Positions 1 to 11,611 are shown, numbered from the stretch's first letter. The stretch: DNA of 64,000 bases from the human T2T-CHM13v2.0 reference genome, Homo sapiens (GCF_009914755.1 NC_060944.1); one strand, 5' to 3'. Made by a program: numbers and translations. Notes: generated from the letters alone by a model not told the origin.

Positions 1-174
1 ACTAGTTTTTCTTAAAGCCCATGAGCTAAGAATGTTTTCTTCCTTCTCATTTTGAAATGGTTACATTTTAAATGGTTATATAAGTACCTACATAATAGCC
101 TCATTTTTGCCTCTGGCCTGGAAAGCCTTGATTCTTTACTACCTGGCCCTTTAAGAAAAAGTGTATTAACCCTG
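1..174 (+). mobile_element. MER58C-like hAT-Charlie DNA transposon, 3' part
   Basis: GCCCATGAGCTAAGAATG...TACCTACATAAT...CTGGCCCTTTAAGAAAAAGT...CCCTG resembles the MER58 family 3' end. Confidence 0.7.
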
Positions 175-329
175 ATATAAAGCACGTGGGCATAGAAAAA
201 GGGCTCAATCCATATTAACTAGTGCTGTTTCAATTCTGAAGGAATTAAGTTATCCTCAATGCCTTAACATGTAGTCCTCAAGAAGGTCAAGCATACTTTT
301 AAAGTAGATGTTAATTACTAATAATTGGA

Positions 330-560
330 TGGGATTCACCATGTCCTGAGCACTGGCCCATCTCCTGTATATAGAGCAATTCATTTAATCCTCAAAACCA
401 CCCCAAGAGGTAAGTACTATCCCCATTTGAAAAAAGAGGGAACAGAGACACAGAGAGGCTCAGTATCTTCCTAAGGTACCATAGCTAGTGAGTTATGAGC
501 TAGCATTCAAATCTAGGCTGGATTTCTCCAGACTCTGCTATTAACTCCTAGACTCTGCTG
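330..560 (-). mobile_element. MIR SINE
   Basis: CATTTAATCCTCA...CCCCATTT...CACAGAGAGG reverse MIR core. Confidence 0.8.
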
Positions 561-693
561 CACTTGACATAGTGTCGAGTCCCCAGAGGTGTTCAGTAAA
601 CACATGCACTAGTGTTTACTAAGCCACCCACCTACTGAGGCCTAGTGTCTAGCCCCCAGAGGGTGCTCAGTAAACACCAAGTAAACACTTGGT

Positions 694-1048
694 TTGTAGG
701 GACATGGATGAAACTGGAAACCATCATTCTCAGCAAACTATCGCAAGGACAAAAAACCAAACACTGCATGTTCTCACTCATAGGTGGGAATTGAACAATG
801 AGAACACATGGACACAGGAAGGGGAACATCCCACACCAGGGACTGTTGTGGGGTGGGGGGAGCGGGGAGGGATAGCATTAGGAGACATACCTAATACTAA
901 ATGACGAGTTAATGGGTGCGGCACACCAACATGGCACATGTATACGTATGTAGCAAACCTGCACATTGTGCACATGTACCCTAAAACTTAAAGTATAATA
1001 ATAATAAAATAAAATAAAAAAACAAAAAATAAATAAAATAAAATAAAA
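694..1048 (+). mobile_element. 5'-truncated young L1PA (about L1PA2-4): ORF2 end, 3'UTR and A-rich tail
   Basis: Close match to L1 3'UTR (G-tract, CACATGTACCCTAAAACTTAAAGTATAAT); TSD AAACACTTGGT at 683-693 and 1049-1059. Confidence 0.95.
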
Positions 1049-1340
1049 AAACACTTGGTGACAGCATGCATGTGCAGAGTCTGTGAGCACGAAGAGCAAC
1101 CCAGTGGACTGTGGGGCTTGGAAGAGGAGGGCAAAGGTGGTATCCATCAGAGCTCAGGTTCCTGGGTGTGACAGCTGGGAGCATTTCCACACAGCCACTT
1201 GGGTTCCTCCTCTGGTGGTCAATGCTCCTCCTGACCTCAATAAAAGTGAACATTTATTGCATTCAAGATGTGCCTGCATTCCATACGTAATTTTAATTTC
1301 TTCTGTAGGAGTGCATCAGGTCGTTCCAGTTGTAATGTGC

Positions 1341-1450
1341 ACTTACAGATGAGGAAAGTGAAACACAGAGCGTTTGAGCGGCCCAGTGTCATGCAGCTCA
1401 TACACGGTCAGCGTAGCTGTTCTCACACCCAGGTCTGTGCGGCTGCAGGG
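1341..1450 (-). mobile_element. MIR fragment
   Basis: TTACAGATGAGGAAAGTGAAACACAGAG core. Confidence 0.7.
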
Positions 1451-2091
1451 CTTGGCCTCTCAGCCACAGTGCAGGGTGGGGACATTGTAACTGGCTGCTT
1501 GGCCTTATTTGTGGACATGCTGGCTACCGTGAACTTCCAGAGACCCTAGTGAACACGTTCCAAATTCACAAAACTGCAGGATGGGGCAACGATCCACATT
1601 TCCTCTGCGAGCCTTCTCCTTTAAAAGCACACACTTTGCCACATTTCAGCACATGGCTCTGCAAACGTTTGCAGTTAATACCCTCTCCCAGAAGCCATCT
1701 GGGGGGCGATTCAGGTTCATCTGAGAGCACACAGTGGGTGGCCATCACCCGCATCCATTTTGTCGATAGGTGAGGGATGCTGATGCCAACCGCTTACCTC
1801 GGTAGAAGACCCCTCCCCAGGAGAGAAGTCTTAATGCCAGGAATGATGTCCAAACGTAAGGTGAATGGGTGACTTCTGGGGCAAGGGGGGACGGTGTGCT
1901 GTTGCCAAGAGGGGAACAGCTGGGAAGGAGAGACGAGAGCTCACCCTGCAGCAGCCATAGCAGAATCGGTTCATTGTGGGGCTTGGCTTTAGTTAATTTC
2001 TCTGTCCCATTACCTTGCTCAGGAGTTTCATGGTTGCAAAGAACCTACTCAAAAGAGGAAAATATGTTACCTTATGCAAAGAAGAAAATAT

Positions 2092-3480
2092 GTTCATTCA
2101 TTTAGTAAACATACTTACCTATGTACTCTGGGCCACACACTGTGCCCTCTGAAAATTTACTGGGAATAAACAAGGTAATTGCAGATGACAGGGTTTTTCT
2201 CGGGCCCCTTTGCTTGGCTTGCAGCAGGAGGTGCTCCATCTACTTGGCCCACCAGGCTGTGTCTGGCTTGCACTCCGTGGATCCCATGGCCACCACAACT
2301 GCATGCTTAGCCCCTGGTGGGAAGGGGTGTGTGAGCAAGCAAGTGTGGGGTCCAGCCAGCTGTTCCAAAAGCTGGCACAGGGGTAGGCTCCCTGCTGGGC
2401 TTGTGGCTGGACCAGGCATGTCACCCCAAGGGGGAATGTGGTGGCACCCAGCCAGGGGTGCCCACAACCCCAAAGCCCCAGAAGGGGTTTTAAATGTGCT
2501 AATTAACTCGTTCAGTACTCCCGTCCACAGTCCAACGGACAGCGGTGTGTTAACAGCTTGGTCAGCCCCTTGCCCCGCTCCAGCCCACAGCTCCGGGGGA
2601 AGCTCTGGTCCCATTACTGCTTCCTGTCACATGGGGTGGCTGCCCTCTGCCAGCAGAGGGCTGAGAGCCACAGTGTTACAGCCCTCTGAGTACCCACATT
2701 TGGTGGGTCCCAAGTTCTTGTCCCACATCCAAGAAGAATGAGGTCATGCTGACAATTGAAAGGTGATGAGGGCAGAGAATTTTATTGAGTGATAAAACAA
2801 CTCTCAGTGGAGAGGGGATGGGCAAGTAGTCTCTCACCCTAAGTCAGGTCATCTCTCTCAGTGTGGTTGAGTCTGGGGTTTTTATAGGCACAGGATGGGG
2901 GAGGGGCGGGCCATAGATACTATTGAAAAAGGCCACGTTTGATTGGTTAAAAAGCATTCAGAAAGAATCAGGAAAGGATGGGCAAACAGGAACAGAAATT
3001 CTCACTCTTCTGTCCTGAGTCATGGGTTTCATCTGGAACCAGCAGTCCGGTCTTTCAGCCTTCAGGCTGTTTTGGCTTGAAGGTGGTGTTTCACCAGGGA
3101 CCCACCCCTGTCTGCCTCCTGCCACTGTCACAGATAGCACAAGGTGCTGTGAAGAGTTCGAAACACAGTAATGCACAACAGAGGAGGCATGAAACAGGAG
3201 GAGGTCAAGGGAAGCGCCTCTGGGGAGGTAACAGCTGAGCTGTGTGAATGATGGAGCCACCCTGTTTGAAAATTTGGGTGAAGACTTTCCAGACAGAGGG
3301 AATAGCAGGGAATAGCAAGTACAAGTGCTCTGAGGCAGGACTTTGCATGGTGCAGCAGCAGAAGAGAAGGCTGCGGCAGCAGGAGGAAGTTAGCAAGCAG
3401 GAGATTTGGGAGACCAGGCAGGGGCAGGCCTTGAGGCCACCATCTGGATTTTCTCCTGAGAGCCACAGACAGCCTTTGGA
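2092..3480 (-). mobile_element. L2 3' region interrupted by the LTR at 2186-3130
   Basis: TTCATTCATT tail; L2-like sequence reads through GGTAATTGCAGA|TAGCACAAGGTGCTGTGAAG once the LTR is removed. Confidence 0.7.
2186..3130 (-). mobile_element. ERV1 solo LTR, LTR28/LTR27/MER52 group
   Basis: TG...CA termini; 4-bp TSD CAGA (2182-2185, 3131-3134); CCAAGTTCTTGTCC...AAGAATGAGG and CAGCCTTCAGGCTG...GGCTTGAAGG motifs. Confidence 0.85.
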
Positions 3481-3589
3481 GGGGCAAAGCAGCCCGTGCA
3501 TGTTAGGGTATCCCCAGGAGGGACAGGAGGCCTGGGTGGGTCAGGCTGTCTTTCTGCTCCCCAGCTTGTCTTTCTGTGCCTTTGGCTTG

Positions 3590-4997
3590 TGTTGACAAAA
3601 AGAGTCGAACTCTGTAAAATATTTGAGGAGGTTTATTCTGAGCCAAATATGAGTGACCATAGCCTGTCACACAGCACCAGGAGATCCTGAGAATATGTGC
3701 CGGGTTACAGCTTCATTTTATACATTTTAGGGAGACATAAGACATCAGTCAATACATGTCTGAACTCCAAATATATGAGACAGGTCTCAATCAACTTAGA
3801 AAGTTAATTTTGCCAAGACTGAGGATGTGCCTGTGACATAGCCTCAGGGGGTCCTGACGTGTGGCCAAGGTGCTCGGGGCAATTTAGTTTTATACATTTT
3901 AGGGAGACATGAGACATCGATCAGTGTGTGTAAGATGTACGTTGATTCAGTCTGGAAACGTGGGACAACTCAAAGCAGAGAGGGGCTTCCAGGTCATAAG
4001 TAGATAAGAGACAAACAGTTGCATTCTTTTGAGTTTCTGATTAGCCTTTCCAAAGAAAGCCATCAGATATGCATTTATCTCAGTGAGCACAGAGAGATGA
4101 CTTTGAGTTCTGTCTGTCCTTTGTCTGCAAGGAATTTCCTCGTGGACAAATTGTGAGGGAGGTATGTAGCTTTTTTACCCTAGTAGCCATAGAATAGAAC
4201 GGGAGGCAGGTGTGCCCTAAGCAGTTCCCAGCTTGACTTTTCCCTTTGTCTTAGTTATTTTGGGGTCCCGAGGTTGACATATATTATACATCTTACATGT
4301 GCTAGAGGAAAATGTCCCCTCTGGAAAGGCAGAGATAACACAAAGGTGGGGGTTGGGGGCAGGAACAGCAGGGAGGGGAGCTTCCAGGTCATAGGTGAAT
4401 TCAAAGAGTTCCTGAATTCCTGATTGGTGACTGGTTGAAAGAGTTTATCTAAAGACCTGGAATCAATACAAGGGAGTGTCTGGGTTAAGGAGTTGTGGAG
4501 ACCAAGGTTCTTATTATTATGCAGATGAAGCCTCCAGGTAGAGAGAATAGATTGTAAATGTGTCTTATCAGGCTTAGAAAGGTGCCAGACTTAGTTAATT
4601 CTCTCCTGGATCAGGAAAAAAGGCCTGGAAAGGGAAGAGGATTCTCTACAGAATGTAGATTTTTACCCACAAGTGACAGCTTTGCAAGGCCATTTCAAAA
4701 TATGTCAAAGAAACATATTTTGGGGTAAAATACTTCAATTTCGTTCAGAGCCTGCTATCTGTCACGTTGGCATCTTATTGGTAGAGTCGGCTTTGTCAGT
4801 GTTAAGGTCTCTGTTTTAATGTTCATGCTGGTCAGCCGTGCCTGAATTCCAAAGGGCGGAGGTATAATGAGGCCTGTTTGACCCGCATTCCCATCATGGC
4901 CTGAACTCGTGTTTCAGGTTAACTTTAGGATACCCTTGGCCAAGAGGAGGGGACCATTCAGTTAGCTGGGGGCTTAGAATTTTGTTTTCGGTTTATA
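3590..4997 (-). mobile_element. MER4D/E-type ERV1 LTR, host of a nested MER4A
   Basis: TGTTGACAAAAAGAGTC...TTTATTCTGAGCC start and GGCTTAGAATTTTG...GGTTTA end; near-TSD CTTG/TTTG. Confidence 0.85.
3757..4279 (-). mobile_element. MER4A-type LTR nested in the MER4D/E LTR
   Basis: GAGACAGGTCTCAATCAACTTAGAAAG start and CAGTTCCCAGCTTGACTTTTCCCTTT near the end. Confidence 0.8.
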
Positions 4998-5270
4998 TTT
5001 GTCACCTTCCAGTCTCAGGATGGCCACCACAGCTGCTGCATTTGAAGCAGGAGCATGGGGCTGGAGGCACATGTGCTGCACCCACAGAACAGACAAGAAA
5101 TTACAGCCTTTTCCGGAAACCCCAGAGAGCTCCCGCATCCACGCCACTGGCCGTGCGGACACCCAGCTGTGGGGAGGCCAAGGGATCAAGCACCCAGCAA
5201 GGGACATGGCCTTGCCAGTCCTAACATATCTCACAGCGGGGCATGTGGACCTGCTGCAAGGAATTGGGGC
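4998..5270 (-). mobile_element. Old MLT1 (J/K-like) MaLR LTR fragment split by MER4
   Basis: TCACC...AGGATGGCCACCACAGCT continues from the flank at 3530-3589. Confidence 0.5.
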
Positions 5271-5679
5271 GCTAAGGGCAAGACAAAGTGAGGACCAGCC
5301 CTTGAGGCTGGCAGAGAAGAAACCTCAGGCCACGGTGCTCAGGCATAAATTAGAGCCCTGTCCCAAGTGCACAGAGAACAGCTGCGAGCAGGGCCCGTCT
5401 CACCCTACCCCACCCCACCTCCAGCTGTGGTGGGGAGAGAAGGTTCTGGGTTAGGCTCCAAGGTCTAGGGAGCCCACGTCGTCTGCCCCTGCCTGAGTGG
5501 AAGGCTGGGCGCAGGTGGGCCTCGGCGTTAGGAAAGGCAACTGCTCCCTCTTGTGGCCACTCTAGGGCAGCCCGGCGTCCTCCCAGCGATGTGGCAGCCG
5601 GTCTCAAGCAGGCAGGGGTGATCCCTCCTCCCCAGCCCTGCGCAGGCCTCGAAGGGGAAGAGAACCAGCGATGCTGGTG

Positions 5680-5860
5680 AGAGCTAACCTTGATTGGGCA
5701 CCTCTGGTATACCAGGCGCCCTTCTGTGCACTTCGCAAATATTAATTCAATCCTCTTAACTCGGCCAGGTTGGTCCCATTCATGTGTCCGTTTTAATGAT
5801 TGGGCCATTTGCCCAATATCATCCGGGCAGAGATTGAAGCTAAGTCCACCTCATAGCAAG
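5680..5860 (-). mobile_element. MIR fragment
   Basis: AGCTAACC...CCAGGC...AATTCAATCCTC...TTTGCCCAA. Confidence 0.55.
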
Positions 5861-6002
5861 GCTGTGCTTCCAGCTCCTGAATTTGGGAGCTGTAGAATGT
5901 GTGCTTAAAGACTACGCCTGGGGGACAATTGCATCGATCAGGAATTATATTTCTTTACTGTTTTTAATTTGTGTATTTAAAAAGGCTCCACCAAAATTTC
6001 TT

Positions 6003-6320
6003 TTTTCTTTCTTTCTTTCTTTTTTTTTTTTTTTTTTTTTGAGACAGAGTCTTGCTCTGTTGCCCAGGCTGCACTGCAGTGACACGATCTCGGCTCACTG
6101 CAACCTCCGCCTCCCGGGCCCAAGCAATTCTCCTGCCTCGGTCTCCTGAGTAGCTGGGACTACCAGCACTCGCCACCACGCCCAGCTAATTTTTGCATTT
6201 TTAGTAGAGACGGGGTTTCACCATGTTGGCCAGGCTGGTCTCGATCTCTTGACCTCGTGATCTGCCTGCCTTGGCCTCCCAAAGTGCTGGGATTACAGGT
6301 GTGAGCCACCATGCCCAGCC
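6003..6320 (-). mobile_element. AluSc
   Basis: Full dimer; TCGATCTCTTGACCTCGTGA diagnostic; TSD CCAAAATTTCTT at 5991-6002 and 6321-6332. Confidence 0.95.
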
Positions 6321-6337
6321 CCAAAATTTCTTCATGT

Positions 6338-6491
6338 GGGGACTTAAGGAGTCCGTGGATGTAGTTTAGACATCCCTGAAATTGGAAACAAAATGCTGCA
6401 TTCATGTCTGTACATTTCCTTGGGTAAAGGCCTAGAGCAGCTGTCAGAGGGCAAAGGTATGGGAACCCCAAGAAGGTGAAGAGCCCCACTG
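6338..6491 (-). mobile_element. Charlie4z-like hAT MITE
   Basis: GTCCGTGGATG...CCCTGAAATTG...CAAAAT...AAGAAGGTGAAGAGCCCCACTG. Confidence 0.6.
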
Positions 6492-7294
6492 CCCATTTTA
6501 ATGTCATTATTGTGTTTATTCTCTCATAGACTCTCAGAGAGAGCCGGATGGAATTGATTAGAAAGTGCTTGTCACAAAAGCCTGTCTGAGCCCTAATTGA
6601 CTTGTGACGAGCTTACATTTTGCATAAATCAGCTTTTGTTTAGCTCTTGGGTTTGACACCTAATGAGAGTCTCTCAGAGGCTGAGGAAAGCCAAAGCCAT
6701 CCCATATTTTTAAAAAAGTTTAAGGCAAAAAGGGATGTCAGAATTGTGGTAAAATATAAGTGTTTATGTTTAACAAAGTAATGCTTTTTGCATAAGATTC
6801 AATGATGATACATCTAAGTTTGTTTATAGATAATGTCAAAAGTCTAAACTGGAGGATTCTGTGAATAAATGGCCCGGGCCAAATTATCCTTCTGCCATAA
6901 AAGGTGCCAGGTAGCTGGATGATGTCAACCCAGGTGTTGGCTTCAGAGATGACAAAACACCCCACCCCCTTTCTAATTCCCAGAGAAGCAGACAGAGCCC
7001 AGGTCACCCCTTCCCTCGCCACCCCGCCCCAACCCCCACCAGAAGCAGGTGCCTCAGGGTAGTGGGGAAGTACCCAAGGCAGGGGCCAGGTCCAGGGGAG
7101 GGAAGAAGGAGCATAAGATAACCTCCCTTGCACCTCCCCAGGTTTAATTCACCTTACTCTGGCCTCAGAGTTTGGTTTGAGGCTAAATCCCCAGGAATCC
7201 AACCCACATTCAAAGGGATACACCAAAGCTCATTCCAGGAAACAGAAAAACTGATTTCAAGTTTCCAGCTGTTTGGGCAATCAAGGAAATAATC

Positions 7295-7460
7295 AGGGCT
7301 TTGGATTTGGTTTCTGTTTCTCTCTTTGGCTGTGTGACTTTGGGTTAACCTCTCTGACCTTCAGATTCTTCGCTACCTTTCTAGGTAGCTGTAGCAATCA
7401 GTGAGGTTCATTCTGCCTGCACTGAGCGGGGCTGAGTGCTGGGGAGCTGCCTGGTGCTTG
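7295..7460 (+). mobile_element. MIR
   Basis: GGCTGTGTGACTTTGGG...TTAACCTCTCTGA. Confidence 0.65.
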
Positions 7461-7852
7461 GGAAGACAGAACGTTCTGTTAACTCTCATACACACACACA
7501 AACCACTCACAAAGGCATGTGGGGACAGAGCAGACTTTACTGAAGGTTTGGATCAGTAACCAAAGACATCTTACAATTGAAAGCTGCATCTCCCTCATCT
7601 TCAAAAGCCTCCCGGCTATGTTCACCATCTGGCTCCAGCCCCTTGTCCTATTGTCCAGCTCATCTTTCTTTCCTCCCCTCCTCATCCCCTCTCCTCTCCC
7701 ATCCTCTCTTTGCAGTGTTCCCTCTTCAAAATTCCTCTTTACTTCTAGCAAAGAGCAGTTCAGCACTCTTTTGGTGGCCTGACTCCCAGGGTTACTGCTA
7801 ACAGCTGTGCAAATGTAAACCCAGGTTGTACCAATTACATCATGGTCCATAG

Positions 7853-8053
7853 CAGGGGGCCACAAATTGCAACCCACCGCCAAATATGGCCCACTGCCTG
7901 TTTTTGCAAATAAAGTTTTATTGCAACACAGCCACACCCATTCACTCACTCATTGTATATGGCCCCTGACGCTATACAACTCCAGAGCTGAATAGTTGTG
8001 ACAGAGACCATATGGTCCATAGACTTAAAATATTGACTCTCTGTCCATTTATA
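7853..8053 (+). mobile_element. MER58A hAT-Charlie
   Basis: GCCTGTTTTTGCAAATAAAGTTTTATTGCAACACAGCCAC...AGTTGTGACAGAGACCATATGG. Confidence 0.9.
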
Positions 8054-8624
8054 ATTCAACATTTTAATGAACTGCCTGGAATCTGTGAGAGACTAGTTAG
8101 AGAGACTGGTTAAGGGTCACTGTCTGCATTTCTTCCAGTAACATAAAGCCGATCTAGCTCCTGCTAGGACCAGGCTATCAGCCTGGCTCTGGAGACAGAT
8201 TGATGCCCAGGAACTTCTGCCTGCCCTCAAGAAGCTTGAGATCAAGTCGGTGAGAACACTGTGCCATGTTTAAGTGGCACAGAAAAGGGATGAGGTCAAC
8301 CCCAGGAGGGCTGACCCCTGCAGGCCTCTGAGCCAGCTGGGTTTGGCCATGGGAGGCAGAATTCGGAGGGCAGGAGAGAGGCTGGGGTGTTTCTCCCCCT
8401 CTCTTTCTGCCTCAAGAAGCACCTCTGCAGCTGCCTGGGCCCAGAATTGCCCAGCGTTTCACAAAAAGCTACAAATATGGATTTTGTATGAATTCTTCCT
8501 ATTTGTAAATGTTAGCATTGGTGATTCAAATATTATTCAAGCTTTTTTAGCTCCATGGGCTTATGGTTTGTGGCTTTTGTACAGTAGTCATTGATACTGT
8601 CCCCAGTTTAAAATTCCTATGAGT

Positions 8625-9698
8625 CTGATACAACCCCTGTGGAGAGCAAAACTGTACATACCCACATCATATGATACACCAGTTCCACCCCTACGTATCT
8701 TTACTCCAGACAATCTCCCATTCCAGCATGCTGGAGCCATACTCAAGGAGACTCATAACAGCATCTGTGTGTAACAGAGAAATATTAGGAACCATTAAAG
8801 TGTCCATCAATGGGAGAGTGGAGAAATGCCTTGTGACATATTTGCAGCAAAAACAACTACAGCTTCATTGATGTACATGGATGTGGAGTTCTCATTAGGG
8901 AGGAGGAGTCAGGCTGGTGGGACAAAGGGAAAGCAAAAAGAGAAAGCAGATAAGCTGTAAGTCTGCCTTTCCAGGACACAATGCAGGACCATGGACCTCT
9001 TGCACAATATAACTCACAGTCTTCCTGTGCCCAGCTATTACCAGACTCTTGGCTGATAGAAAAATGCAAGTTAGCTCCCTGCAACCTTGGTGTTATCAGT
9101 ACAGCACGTAGCCCTCTCCAGCCCAAGAACCAGCGTATAAAATCTCCAGCAAGCTTTGTCCCTTTGCAGTCAGCTCCCCTCTTGCTGACCTGCCCATTGC
9201 TTCCTTGCAGCGCTTTCTCGAGTAAATCTGCCTTTCTTTACCTACAGCTATCTTGGTACATTCTTTTCACCACCTATATGACACCAACCCCAGAGAGTCG
9301 CAACCCACGACAATGGACAAACCTCAGAACATCATTTTAGAATGAGAAAAGCATAGTATCTTACTTATATAAAGTTTTAAGCATGAAAGCAAAAGTGTCT
9401 GTTGCACAGGGATATATGTGCATATGTTCTATAAATGTAAAGGCAAATATGGGAATAACAAGCATTGTATTTAGGATTATGAAACCTCTGGGATGAGAGA
9501 GAGAAGAATGGAGTGGGCAGGTTATTCACAGGGACCAATTTTATCTGCCATGCTTTGTTTCCTAAAAAAATCAACCATGGGCACATGAGGGGCTCCCTAG
9601 GGTAACAGATGATTTCTTAATCTGGAGGCTGGTTCCAATTTGGGAAAATTCATTGAGCCAATCATTTATGATACGTATAGTTCTCTGCACATGTGTAA
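8625..9698 (+). mobile_element. Old L1M/L1ME ORF2-end and 3'UTR remnants split by LTR47
   Basis: AAAGTGTCCATCAATGGGAGAGTGG; ACATGGA|CAAACCTCAGAACATCAT is continuous across the LTR. Confidence 0.65.
8882..9312 (+). mobile_element. LTR47 (ERVL) solo LTR
   Basis: TGTGGAG...GGAGTCAGGCTGGTGGGAC...TATAAAATC...CACGACA; 5-bp TSD ATGGA (8877-8881, 9313-9317). Confidence 0.85.
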
Positions 9699-10005
9699 TT
9701 TTTCTTTTTTCTTTTTTTGAGACAGATTCTTGCTCTGTCACCCAGGCTGGAGTGCAGTGGTATGCTCATAGCTCACAGCAGCCTCCAACTCCTGGGCTCA
9801 GGTGATCCTCCCTCCTCAGCCTCCTGAGTAGCTGGAACTACAGGCCCACATCACCATGCCTGGCTATTAAAAAAAAAAAACTGTCTGTAGATACAGGCTT
9901 TCACTATGTTGCCCAGGCTGGTGTTGAACTTCTGGCCTCAAGCAATCATCTTGCCTCAGTCTCCCAAAGTTTTGGGGTTACAGGCATGAGCCACTGCATG
10001 TGGCC
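9699..10005 (-). mobile_element. AluJ
   Basis: CATAGCTCACAGCAGCCTCC and CACTATGTTGCCCAGG AluJ diagnostics. Confidence 0.9.
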
Positions 10006-10027
10006 TGACTTTTCAATACAAATCTAT

Positions 10028-10925
10028 TGATATAATTTGGATATTTGTCCCTGCTCCAATCTCATGTCAAATTGTAATCCCTAATGCTGGAGGTGGGGCC
10101 TGGTGGGAAGTATTTGGGTCATGGAGGTGGATTCCTAATAGCTTGGTGCTGTCTTTGCAATAGTGAGTGTCAATGAAGAGTGTCAAACTCTGCGAAATAT
10201 CCGAAGAGTTTATCCTGAGCCAAGTATGAAGGACCAGTGGCCCTATGACACAGCCCCAGGAAATCCTGAGAATATGTGCCCGAGGTAGTCAGGATACAAA
10301 ATGATTTTATACATTTTTGGGAGACATGTCAATCAATGCATGTAAGATACATGTTGGTTTCGTCTGGCAAGGCGGGACAATTGGATAACTGGAGGAGGCG
10401 GGGTTCCAGGTCATAGGCGGAGTCGAAGACTTTCTGACTGGCAATTGGCTTAAAGAGTTATTATTTAAAGACCTGGAATCACAGACGGAATGGTTAAGAT
10501 AATAGGTTGTAGAGACCCAGGTTTTATCATGCAGATGAAGCCTCCCAAAGCAGGCTTCACAGAGAATAGATTGTAAATGTTTATCAGACTTCAAGTCTGT
10601 TCTATCTGTCTTAAGATCTCTGTTTTAATGTTAATGTTGGTCAACTGTGCTTGAATTCCAAAGGGAGGGGGAGGAGGGTATAAGGAGGCATGTCTGACTT
10701 TCACTTCCCATGATAACCCGAACTCGTCTTTCCAGTTAATTTTAGAATGCTCTTGGCCAAGGGGAGGGTTTATCAGCAGGTTGTGCGGCTTAGAATTTTA
10801 TTTTTGCTTTACATGCGTGATCTGGTCATTTAAAAGTGTGTGGCACCTCCTCTCCCTCTCTCTCTTCTTATAAATTACCTAGTCTCAGGTATTTCTGTAG
10901 AGCAATGCAAGAATGCCCTAATACA
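10028..10925 (+). mobile_element. MSTB-like MaLR LTR, internally deleted and split by MER4
   Basis: TGATATAATTTGGATATTTGTCCC...GCAATAGTGAG | GTGATCTGG...AGCAATGCAAGAATGCCCTAATACA. Confidence 0.85.
10168..10813 (-). mobile_element. MER4-group ERV1 solo LTR
   Basis: TGTCAATGAAGAG...GCTTAGAATTTTATTTTTGCTTTACA; near-TSD TGAG/TGCG. Confidence 0.85.
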
Positions 10926-10927
10926 TG

Positions 10928-11310
10928 TGTTGTAGGGGGAAAAAAAAAAAAGGGTTCTTGTCACATGACCAGGAAAGATTAGGCCTGCAGACACTTTGAA
11001 GGGTGAGGGGAAATGGAATTTATTAGGCGAAAAGGAAAAATAAATCTCAGTAAAGCAGGAGAGAGTCCTGCTAGAAGGCTTCCCACCTCATAGTTTGAAT
11101 CCCAGTTTACTATCCAGGAACAGGAGAGGCCAGGTTCCTTTCCCTTGCAAACGGCACAAACTTCTTGAGACTCCACCCCATCCTCCCAGTGCTCAGGCAG
11201 GTCAGAGATTCTCCAGGACCTGCAGTCCGGGTTTTTCAGCCTTCAGGCCATTTTAGGCTTGAAGGCGGAGTTTTGTGGGGGGACCCTTGGCTGTCTCCTG
11301 TCTCTATGAC
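10928..11310 (-). mobile_element. MER61-type ERV1 LTR
   Basis: GGGTTCTTGTCACATGACCAGGAAAGATTAGG...CAGCCTTCAGG...GGACCCTTGGCTGTCTCCTGTCTCTAT. Confidence 0.75.
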
Positions 11311-11383
11311 ATGTATTAAATAACTTCAGTCATAAAACAAATTTGAACCAAGCTGGGTAGTAGATGTCAGCCTTTCTGGTACA

Positions 11384-11611
11384 CAGGTTGAGCATCCCGA
11401 ATCTGAAATCTGAAACGCAAAATGCTCCAAAACTCAAAATGGTGTGAGTGTTGATGCTGTACTCGAAGGAAGTGCTACAGTGAACATTTCAAGTGTTCAG
11501 ATTTGGGATGCTCAGCTGCTCAGTGTAATACAAGTATCCCCAAATCTGAAAAACTCTGAAATCTGAAACACTTCTGGTCCCAATCATGTTGGATAAAGGA
11601 TACTCACCCTG
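11384..11611 (+). mobile_element. Tigger4a (MER46) MITE
   Basis: TIRs CAGGTTGAGCATCCC / GGATACTCACCCTG. Confidence 0.85.

Noticed and set aside
689-904. 71-aa ORF resembling sequences often seen in protein databases
   Set aside because: It is a translation of the L1 ORF2 end and 3'UTR, not a gene
2121-2741. 206-aa ORF
   Set aside because: It lies in a GC-rich LTR with no recognisable domain
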